Part shown: one piece after another, positions 23,847 to 34,992 of the stretch
How positions within the stretch are numbered: the stretch's first letter is position 1
Layout of the letters: each line of letters starts with the position of its first letter
From: Schizochytrium sp. TIO01
Taxonomy: Eukaryota > Protista > Bigyra: Labyrinthulomycetes
Reading direction: 5' to 3'
NCBI GenBank assembly: GCA_004764695.1
Contig: SMSO01000031.1
Location: 720,436 to 784,435 of the forward strand
DNA length: 64,000 bases
Notes under the pieces: generated by a model
The model's database searches: none
Told to the model about the DNA's origin: nothing
The model's input: only the letters and a program-made list of their open reading frames with translations
Made by a program: the position numbers and the translations under genes

Positions 23847-26800
23847 TTATTGTAGTTTTGCAAAAGCTTTCTGACAAATGCTCGATGACGGAAATCTTTG
23901 GTGTGCGTCCGAAACGCACTCGCGTGCACCCAACTTGATAAGAATTTGAAGCACTTGAGCATTCGACGATAAATTCAAAATTGTCGAACATGCTTGTTCT
24001 TGCACGTCTGCATTCGTTCGATGTGCGCGCATGGCGGTCACAATCTCTGCGCCCACATTCAAATGTTGTCCCAGGATCTCTTTGTTACTATCATTATTGT
24101 AGGCGAGATTCATCAATGCTCCACATGCACTCTTTTGCACGCCCGCATTCGTTCGATGGGCACGCATGGCGGCCACAATCTCTGCACCCACATCCAAATC
24201 TTGTACCAGGATCTCTTTGTTGCGATCATTGAAACCAAGACTGCACAATGCTCCACATGCTTGTTTTTGCACGTCTGAACTCCTTCGATGTACGCGCATG
24301 GCGGCCACAATCTCCACGCCCACATTCAAATTTTGTACCAGGATCTCTTCGTTGCGGTCATTTACAGCAAGATTTAACAATGCGCAACACGCTTGTTTTT
24401 GCACGTCTGCATTCGTCCGATGTGCGCGCATGGCGGCCACAATCTCTGCGCCCAAATTCAAATCTTGTCCCAGGATCTCTCTGTTGCGATAATTTAAAGC
24501 AAGATTCCACAATGCCCAACATGCTTGTTCTTGCACGTACGCATTCCTTCGATGTGCAATCATGGTAGCCACAATCTCTTCGCCCACTTTCAAATCGTGT
24601 ACCACGAGCCCTTTCTTGCGATCATTTACAGCAAGATTCCACAACGCCCCAAATGCTTGTCCTTGCACGTCTGCATTTGCTCGATGTTCGCGCATGGCAG
24701 CCACAATCTCTGCGCCAGCATTCACATCTTGTCCCAGGATCTCTTCGTAGCGATCATCTAAAGCAAGATTACGCAATGCCCCACTTGCATACTCTTGCAC
24801 CTTAGCATTCGTTCGATGTTCGCGCATGGCGGCCATAATCACTGTGGCCACATCCAAATCTTGTCCCAGGATCTCACAGTTGCGATCATTATCGTCAGTA
24901 AGATTCATCAATGCCCCACATGCTTGTTTTTGTACGTCTGCATTCGTTCGATGTTCGCGCATGGCGGCCACAATCTCTGTGCCCACATCCAAATCTTGTC
25001 CCAGGATCTCACAGTTGCGATCATTATCGTCAGTAAGATTCATCAATGCCCCACATGCACTCACCTGCACGTCTGCATTCGTTCGATGTTCGCGCATGGT
25101 AGCCACAATCTCTGCGCCCACATTCAAATCTTGTACCAGGATCTCACTGTTGCGACCATTGAAACCAAGACTCATCAGTGCCCAACATGCATCCTCCTGC
25201 ACGTCTGCATTCGTTCGATGTGTGCGCATGGTGGTCGCAATCTCTGCGCCTACATTCAAATCTTGCACCAGGATCTCACAGTTGCGGTCATTTTCCGCAA
25301 GATTCCTTAATGCCCCACATGCTTGTTTTTGTATGTCTGCATTCGTTCGATGTGCACGCATGGCGGCCACAATCTCTGCACCCACATCCAAATCTTGTAC
25401 CAGGATCTCACAGTTGCGATCATTATTGTAGGTAAGATTCATCAGTGCCAAACATGCATTCTTTTGCACGTCTGCATCGGTTCGATGTGCGCGCATGGCG
25501 GCAACAATCTCTGCGCACACATTCAAATCTTGTACCAGGATCTCACAGTTGCGATCATTATTGTAGCCAAGATTCCACAATGCCCTACATGCTTGTTCTT
25601 GCACGTCTGCATTCGTTTGATGTGCGCGCATGGCGGCCACAATCTCTGCGGCCACATTCAAATCTTGTACCAGGATCTCACAGTTGCGATCATTTGAAGC
25701 AAGATTCATCAGTGCCCAACATGCTTGTTCTTGCACGTCTGCATTGGTTTGATGTGCGCGCATGGCGGTCGCAATCTCTGCGCCCACATTCAAATCTTGT
25801 ACCAGGATCTCACAGTTGCGATCATTATTGTAGCCAAGATTCCACAATGCCCTACATGCTTGTTTTTGCACGTCTGCATTCGTTTGATGTGCGCGCATGG
25901 CGGCCACAATCTCTGCGCCCACATTCAAATCTTGTACCAGGATCTCACAGTTGCGATCATTATTGTAGCCAAGATTCCACAATGCCCTACATGCTTGTTT
26001 TTGCACGTACGCATTCCTTCGATGTGCGCGCATGACAGCCACAATCTCTGCGCCCACATTCAAATCGTGTACCACGAGCCCTTTCTTGCGATCATTTAAA
26101 GCAAGATTCCACAATGCCCCAAATGCTTGTCCTTGCACGTCTGCATTCGTTCGATGTTCGCGCATGGTAGCCACAATCTCTGCGCCAGAATTCAAATCTT
26201 GTCCCAGGATCTCTTCGTAGCGATCCTCTAAAGCAAGATTACGCAATGCCCCTACTTGCATACTTTTGCACCTCAGCATTCGTTCGATGTTCGCGCATGG
26301 CGGCCACAATCGCTGTGCCCACATCCAAATCTTGTCCCAGGATCTCACAGTTGCGATCATTATCGTCAGTAAGATTCATCAGTGCCGCACATGCTTGCTC
26401 TTGCACGTTTGCATTCGTTCGATGTTCGCGCATGGCGGCCACAATCTCTACGCCTACATTCAAATCTTGTACCAGGATCTCTCTGTTGCAATCATGAAAA
26501 GCAAGACAACGCAATGCCCCACTTGCTTGCTCTTGCACGTTTGCATTCGTTCGATGTTCGCGCATGGCGGCCACAATCTCTGCGCCCACATTCAGATCTT
26601 GTACCACGATCTCACTGTTGCGATCATTTACAGCAAGATTCCACAATGCCCCACATGCACTCCTTTGCACGTCTGCATTCGTTCGATGTTCGCGCATGGC
26701 GGCCACAATCTCTGCGCCCACATTCAGATCTTGTACCAGGATCTCACTGTTGCGATCATTTACAGCAAGATTCCACAATGCCCCACTTGCCTCCTCTTGC

Positions 26801-29101
26801 ACCTCAACATTGGTTCGATGTGCACGCATGGCGGCCACAATCTCTGCGCCCACATTCAGATCTTGTACCAGGATCTCACTGTTGCGATCATTTACAGCAA
26901 GATTCCACAATGCCCCACATGCACTCCTTTGCACGTCTGCATTCGTTCGATGTGCGCGCATGGCGGCCACAATCTCTGTGCCCACATTCAAATCTTGTCC
27001 CAGGAGCTCACAGTTGCGATCAGTGAAAGCAAGATTCCGCAATGCCCCACATGCTTGTTCTTGCACGTCTGCACTCGTTCGATGTACGCGCATGGCGGCC
27101 ACAATCTCTGTGCCCATATCCAAAGCTTGCGCTAGACTAAGTTGGTTCTTCATATTACTGAACGTGAGGGTCCTGATACAAGCACATGCTGCAGCCTGCA
27201 CTGCTGCTTCGCTTGCATGCTCTTGCATGATACTTAACAGTATAGGGCCGATACCATAGGTCGCCATTGCAGTTTCAGCATACTCGCCGGTAGCTTCACG
27301 ATGAAACGCGTAATGGAATATCCAAAGTGCTTCGGAAATCACCTCGGCATCGCGTTGCTCTTCCTTTAGGATTCTATGCAAATGAACAAGAATACCCCGC
27401 TCACGAACAACTCTCCTCAGCTCATCATCGCCACCTGCGGTCTCAGCAGCTTTGAATTCACCTTCCAGAGCACCATGCAAGATCTGTAGTGTTCGTAGCA
27501 GATCTGTTCGATCGCCTCGATCAGCCAGATCTCGAACTAGACCCCGCACCATTTCGACATTCACATTTCGTTTTGCAGATGCGCGATGGATTCTCTTTAT
27601 GAATCCACCAGCAAGCCCGCGAATGATGCGGCTCGATCGGCGTTCACCACCTCGAGACTCGAAACTCTTTAGAATATCCTTAGCAGTTGGTCTGTTAGCA
27701 GGCTCCTTGTCCCAACAAGACTTCATGATGCGGACTATCCAGAGTTTCACAGGTACTTCGTCAGAGATTTCAGGACGCTCACCTGCGAGAACCCTGCTTT
27801 CAAGCTCTCCTGGATGATACACGAGATGCTCGTATGGCATCTCCTCGTGGTACATCTCCCACATAATCAGGCCTAGAGAATATATGTCTGCCTTTGTTGT
27901 CCAACGAGCAGGAGCTTGAAGTACTTCTGGAGCCATGTACACCCGGGTCCCGGCCACCGAAATGGTGTCTGCAAAACTTGTATTTGGGCTCGTTCTGTCT
28001 GCAAGACCAAAGTCGGTAAGCTTTACCAGGCCCAGGTCTTGGCTGAGGAGCACATTGGCAGGTTCCAGATCACCATGAATCACGTTTTCACTATGCAGAT
28101 AGCGGAGCCCTCGTGTGACACCGCGCAAAATGGCCTCTTTATCATCTAGTCCAAGGGTAATGCTTGTGCCGCTCGGTTTGCTCTCATACAGTAATTAAAC
28201 TAGAGAGAAGTCGCACTTGTCCATAACCAAATGAAACCGGTTCTGAATGATGCATGTGCCGAGAAGGCAGACGATGTTTTTGTGATTCAACCCTTGCCAG
28301 CTTTGGGCCTCTTCAATCAATGCCTTTTGCTCAGAAAGCTGAAGGTGGCCACGGATTTGTCGAACTCTCTTGATAGCAACTGGTATATTTATTCCATCCT
28401 CTCCTTCGAGAACACCTGACAGGACTTGTCCAAAGCTGCCTTCACCAAGAATATGTTCGGGATAGTCTATGGTAACCTTTTCCCGTGGTATTGTAGCCAT
28501 CTCAGACTCTTGAGTTCCTCGCTCTGCACTAATAAGCTCTTGCAGCGCTCGTCGCTGTCTTCGCGTCCCAGCACGACCTGCTATGATATCTGTAAGGCTG
28601 ATGTCAGGATGGTCTTTGAGCAATAACAGTATGGCTTCAACTTGGTCGTGACCTTCGTCTTGGTATTGCTTGATCATGTTTTCAAGACGAAGGTGGTCTT
28701 CTTCGGCATCGTCGAGATCGATTTGCTCGATGGCTGCAGGCGGGGACGGGAAACTCGAAGCGGATTCGGCAAACTTGGATCAATGTTTGCAGACGCTGCT
28801 CTACATCTGCGAGCACTTGAGTAGCTCTCTTGATGTCCATGAGTTGTAAAATTATGGTGGATCTATCATCACTAGGATCGAAGAACTCGCGAAGTAGCGA
28901 GATGATGTTGCGTAGACTAGCCTCCACCTGAATGAAATCAATATCAGCATTTTGCTGGGGCTCTAAGAAACTGGCAAGCTTGGTGAAGACATTGTTGAGA
29001 TGTGCAGCTCTTCGGCGGCACGTGTGTGTATGCTCGAGAAGTGTCGCGGCCTCGCGGGCTAGCTGAAGCGAAGAAGTGAAGTTTGGCATAATGCTCGGCA
29101 T
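23847..29101 (-). pseudogene. Paralog 2: MLKL-like 4HB/brace + kinase (HGDLEPAN) + ~24 ARM repeats; +1 frameshifts at ~28750 and 26253 and an in-frame TAA at 28195-28197
   Basis: ORF pieces 28682-29101, 28195-28677, 26239-28128 and 23847-26360 tile collinearly onto paralog 1. Confidence 0.78.
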
Positions 29102-30578
29102 GTTATGTGGCCCCGCGTGGCCGTGCTGGAGAGCTCAAACAGTACTGGTTGCTCTGAGAAGATGGTCTGCCGATGCCATGTTTGAACATCGTTTTGCTCA
29201 CGAGTTAACTACAAACAACTATCTACTATATACCCCACGATATACGTGCTACCAGTTGGGTGCTATGGGCTACTAGGGGCACTCATAAGGAAGTTACCTT
29301 TTTTCTTAAAATAGTAGCCCACTGGTCTGAAGTTCGCCTTGGGTTTAAAAATGAAGGCAAAGATAGGTAACGCGTATGGAAGCCCAATGACTAAAAGAAT
29401 ACTTTATGAATTGAGAAATACTGGTAAAGTAGATAGGTATTGAGAGAGAGATAAGTACCTAGGTAGTAGATAGGGTATTGTTGAGACTCGGTACTTAGAA
29501 CACGCAATCAGCTTTTTAAAGAAAACATTCAGTTAAGCCACTCTTACTAGTCAAAGGGTATTTCTTAAAATCTTGGGGAGACTGCAGTCCAACCATTGTA
29601 TAGTAGGCCTTCTTGGCCTGAAGAAGGAGGATGAATAGGACCAGCCTTCAAGGGAAGAAACTCATTCAATAAGGCTTCGCATTGTTGGAGTATCTATTGA
29701 AGTATAATAACTTAGTGTGTAGATAGTTAGTTGTGTATATCTGAAAACATCCCAACTAAAACGTACACAATACCAAAGTCCTAGACTTTGACTGTAGACT
29801 TTGACAGCAGTTCCTGAATGCTAAGTCGAACCATGATTGTCCTTCATCTCTCTACCCACACTATTTGTTGCTGATTTCCCTCACGTTAACTTGCAATAGT
29901 TTTCTACCTACAGAAAGATTCTTCTCTTCATTTATTTCCCTAAGTAGCATAAGGTATTCATTAGCGCTCTTGAAATAAATAAACTATATTTTAAAAAGAA
30001 AGTACTCAAATAAAATAAAGTAGGTCACTTGAGAAAAATTATGATGTGCTTCGTCTAGTCTACTATCTACCATTAATACATTACCACTACGAGTTTTTTT
30101 TTAAAATGGGGAAAACTTAAATTAAAAAACGTTTCTTTTAAAAGCTAATTTTTAAAAATATCAAAACAATTATTGACTAACGCCGGTCTTTTTAGCTGTT
30201 GTCACACATGTTCGAACAAGCACGCAAACAAATATATCGCAATTCCAAGATAGATAACGGTCTAGCTCTTCGCAGGTCAACCATGATTGTTTTCATTTGC
30301 TGATCATCTACATGCGTTCTATACAAAGCAAAGGAGCTTGCCTTCTTCATCGAAACAATCTCAATATGCAACTTAAACTAGGTATACCATGACTTAATTA
30401 GCATTTCTCTAGATAGAAAAACGAGGGCAATGCCTAGGTATGACAACTTTAGTTTCAAGTCTTTTGGTCCTTTCTTTCTGTCCATGCGCTGGTAGCCGTA
30501 GGTACCTACCTACCTGCATGCAAAGGAGGTAGCCAGCTAGAAGCACAGAAGTATTCTATAGACATATATATTTATCAC

Positions 30579-33500
30579 TTATTGTAGTTTTGCAAAAGCT
30601 TTCTGACAAATGCTCGATGACGGAAATCTTTGGTGTGCGTCTGAAACGCATTCGCGTGCACCCAACTTGATAAGAATTTGAAGCACTTGAGCATTCGACG
30701 ATAAATTCAAAATTGTCGAACATGCTTGGTCTTGCACGTCTGCATTCGTTCGATGTGCAATCATGGCGTCAACAATGTCTTCGCCCACATTCAAATGTTG
30801 TACCAGGATAACTCTGTTGCGATCATTATTGCTGGCAAGATTGCACAATGCTCCGCATGCTCTTTCTTGCACGTCTGCATTCATTCGATGTGCGCGCATG
30901 GCGGCCACAATCTCTGCGCCAACATTCAAATCTTGTCCCAGGATCTCTTTGTTGCGATCGTCCTTGTAGGCAAGATTCATCAATGCGTCACATGCTTGTT
31001 CCTGCACGTCTACATTGCTTCGATTTGCGCGCATGGCGGCCACAATCTCTGCGCCCACATTCAAATCTTGTACCAGGACCTCTCTGTTGCGATCATCATT
31101 GTAGGCAAGATTACACACTGCCCAACATGCGTAGTTTTGCACGTCTGCATTCGTTCGATGTGCGCGCATGGAGGCCACAATCTCTGTGCCCACATTCAAA
31201 TCGTGTCCCAGGATCTCACAGTTGCGATCATTATGATAGGCGAGATTGCACAAGGCCGAGCAAGTGTATTTTTGTACGTCTGCATTCGTTCGATGTTCGC
31301 GCATGGCGGCCACAATCTCTGCGCCCACATCCAAATCTTGTCCCAGGATCTCTTTGTTGCGAGCATTGAAAGCAAGATTCCACAATGCCCAACACGCACT
31401 CTCTTGCACGTCTGCATTCATCTGATGTTCGCGCATAGCGGCCACAATCTCTGCGCCCACATTCAGATCTTGTCCCAGGGTCTCTTCGTTGCGAGCATTG
31501 CAAGAGAGATTGCTCAATGCTGAGCAAGCATTCCCTTGCACGTCTGCATTCGTTCGATGTGCACGCATGCCAGCCACAATCTCTGCGCCCACATTCAAAT
31601 CTTGTACCAGGATCTCACTGTTGCGATCATTCATATAAGCAAGATTAGATAATGCCCCACATGCACTCATTTGCACGTCTGCATTCGTTCGATGTGCGCG
31701 CATGGCGGCCACAATCTCTGTGCCCACATTCAAATCTTGTCCCAGGAGCTCACAGTTGCGATCAGTGAAAGCAAGATTCCACAATGCCCCACATGCTTGT
31801 TCTTGCACGTTCGCATTCGTTCGATGTGCGCGCATGGCGCCCACAATCTCTGCGCCCACATCCAAATCTTGTGCTAGACTAAGTTGGTTCTTCATATTAC
31901 TGAACGTGAGGGTCCTGATACAAGCACATGCTGCGGCCTGCACTGCTGCTTCGCTTGCATGCTCTTGCATGATACTTAACAGTATAGGGCCGATGCCATA
32001 GGTCGTCATTGCAGCTTCAGCATACTCGCCGGTAGCTTCACGATGAAACGCGTAATGGAATATCCAAAGTGCTTCGGAAATCACCTCGGCATCGCGTTGC
32101 TCTTCCTTTAGGATTCTATGCAAATGAACAAGAATACCCCGCTCACGAACAACTCTCCTCAGCGCATCATCGCCACCTGCGGTCTCAGCAGCTTTGAATT
32201 CGCCTTTCAGAGCATCATGCAAGATCTGTAGTGTTCGTAGCAGATCCGTTCGATCGCCTCGATCAGCCAGATCTCGAACTAGACCCCGCATCATTTCGAC
32301 ATTCACATTTCGTTTTGCAGATGTGCGATAAATTCTCTTTATGAATCCACCGGCAAGCCCGCGAATGATGCGGCTCGAGCGGCGTTCACCACCTCGAGAC
32401 TCGAAACTCTTTAGAGCATCCTTAGCAGTTGGTCTGTTAGCAGGCTCCTCGTCCCAACAAGATTTCATGATGCGGACTATCCAGTGTTTCACAGGTACTT
32501 CGTCAGAGATTTCAGGACGCTCACCTGCGAGAACCCTGCTTTCAAGCTCTCCTGGATGATACACAAGATGCTCGTATGGCGTCTCCTCGTGGTACATCTC
32601 CCACATAATCAGGCCTAGAGAATATATGTCTGCCTTTGTTGTCCAACGAGCAGGAGCTTGAAGTACTTCTGGAGCCATGTACACATGGGTTCCGGCCACC
32701 GAAATGGTGTCTGCAAAACTTGTATTTGGGCTCGTTCTGTCTGCAAGACCAAAGTCGGTAAGCTTTACCAGGCCCAGGTCTTGGCTGAGGAGCACATTGG
32801 CAGGTTCCAGATCACCATGAATCACGTTTTCACTATGCAGATAGCAGAGCCCTCGTATGACACCGCGCAAAATGGCCTCTTTATCATCTAGTCCAAGGGT
32901 AATGCGTGTGCCGCTCGGTTTGCTCTCATACAGTAATTAAACTAGAGAGAAGTCGCACTTGTCCATAACCAAATGAAACCGGTTCTGAATGATGCATGTG
33001 CCGAGAAGACAGACGATGTTTTTGTGATTCAACCCTTGCCAGCTTTGGGCCTCTTCAATCAATGCCTTTTGCTCAGAAAGCTGAAGGTGGCCACGGATTT
33101 GTCGAACTCTCTTGATAGCAACTGGTATATTTATTCCATCCTCTCCTTCGATAACACCTGACAGGACTTGTCCAAAGCTGCCTTCACCAAGAATATGTTC
33201 GGGATAGTCTATGGTAACCTTTTCCTGTGGTATTGTAGCCATCTCAGACTCTTGAGTTTCTCGCACTGCACTAATAAGCTCTTGCAGCGCTCGTCGCTGT
33301 CTTCGCGTCCCAGCACGACCTGCTATGATATCTGTAAGGCTGATGTCAGGATGGTCTTTGAGCAATAACAGTATGGCTTCAACTTGGTCGTGACCTTCGT
33401 CTCGGTATTGCTTGATCATGTTTTCAAGACGAAGGTGGTCTTCTTCGGCATCGTCGAGATCGATTTGCTCGATGGCTGCAGGCGGGGACGGAAACTCGAA

Positions 33501-33831
33501 GCGGATTCGGCAAACTTGGATCAATGTTTGCAGACGCTGCTCTACATCTGCGAGCACTTGAGTAGCTCTCTTGATGTAAAATTATGGTGGATCTATCATC
33601 ACTAGGATCGAAGAACTCGCGAAGTAGCGAGATGATGTTGCGTAGACTAGCCTCCACCTGAATGAAATCAATATCAGCATTTTGCTGGGGCTCTAAGAAA
33701 CTGGCAAGCTTGGTGAAGACATTGTTGAGATGTGCAGCTCTTCGGCGGCACGTGTGTGTATGCTCGAGAAGTGTCGCGGCCTCGCGGGCTAGCTGAAGCG
33801 AAGAAGTGAAGTTTGGCATAATATTCGCCAT
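30579..33831 (-). pseudogene. Paralog 3: MLKL-like 4HB/brace + kinase (HGDLEPAN) + ~9 ARM repeats; 11-nt deletion at ~33577 and an in-frame TAA at 32937-32939
   Basis: ORF pieces 33424-33831, 32937-33557 and 30579-32870. Same C-terminal cap as paralog 2 (GARECVSDAHQRFPSSSICQKAFAKLQ). Confidence 0.78.
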
Positions 33832-34992
33832 GTTATGTTGCCCTGCGTGACTCAGGCCGTGCTGAAGAGCTCAAACAGTACTGGTTGCTCTGAGAAGATG
33901 GTCTGCCGATGCATTAGCAGCCCATGTTTGAACATCGTTTTGCTCACGAGTTAACTACTACCAACTACCTACTGTATACCTTATGACATACTTGCTACCA
34001 GTTTGGAATCTAATGGTGCTATGGGCTACTAGGGGCACTCATAGAGCCGCGTAGGAAGTTTTCTTTTTTCTTTTTTAAAGATAATATTCAGTCATGCTAC
34101 TCTCACCGTCAAAGGTTTTCTTTCTCGAAATGTTGGGGACAACTAAAGTCAAAGCATTATATAATACTTCCTTTTGGGCTGGGATCAACAAATCAAGTTC
34201 CACCCATCTCACCAAGAAGACAAAGTGGCTCACTGCTAGTATATTCTAGTTTTCGAGAGACTTTCCAAAGCTAGTTTCTACAAAAGCCTTACTATGCTTC
34301 AATCTGATGTTTTAATCAGAAGGAGTATGGATAGGATCAGCCTTCGAGAGAAGAAACCCATTCAATAAGGCTTCCCATTGTTGGAGTATCCTACCGACTG
34401 AAAGATTCTTTGTTTATTTTATTTTATTTTATTTCCCTCAAGGGGCCTAATGTGAGCATTACCGCTCTTAAAATAAATAAATTCTACTTTTAGACGGTAC
34501 TAAAAAAAAAGTAGGTACACTTGGGAAAGATTATCATGTATATATGTTACACCTAGCCTAGCCTAGGGTAAGATAAGCACTATTTTTATTCACCGTGACT
34601 ACCAATAAACAATAAAACACAATTTTTTCTTCCTTTTTTTTCTCTAAACTTGTAAACATTAAAAAAAATTATAAGAATTGCTAACAATATGCTATATAGG
34701 ATAGGTAGCTAAAAGTCATACTAGTCTAGAAGGACGAGGTAGTACACACCTCTGGAACTTAGCTAGAGCGAATAGAGCTCGTGCTGAGACGCGCGGAAAA
34801 CAGCAGATGCAGCGAGAGAGGCTTGTTATAGCCACGAAAATAACGAAAAAGGTTTCACCGTGCATGTGATTGCTTCTCGCGTAAAGCCATCGTTTGCAGA
34901 TTTGGTTGAGCTTTAATTGGGATTTGTGTTTCATTGGAGAAGTGCAAACTGGTAAATTCTATGGCAGTGGAGGTATCAGGAGCACTTGGCAT

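Noticed and set aside
23847-27130. Regular ~132-nt repeats as a CRISPR array
   Set aside because: In-frame protein-coding repeats without unique spacers; eukaryotic context and no cas genes.
28183-28200. 18-nt GT...AG segment (minus strand) that would splice out the shared TAA
   Set aside because: Far too short for a normal spliceosomal intron (the one clear intron here is 121 nt), and it would delete conserved kinase residues.
18105-32001. Many plus-strand and alternate-frame ORFs (MAATISAPTFKSC..., MCAHGGHNLCAHIQ...)
   Set aside because: Antisense or frame shadows of the ARM-repeat coding sequence.
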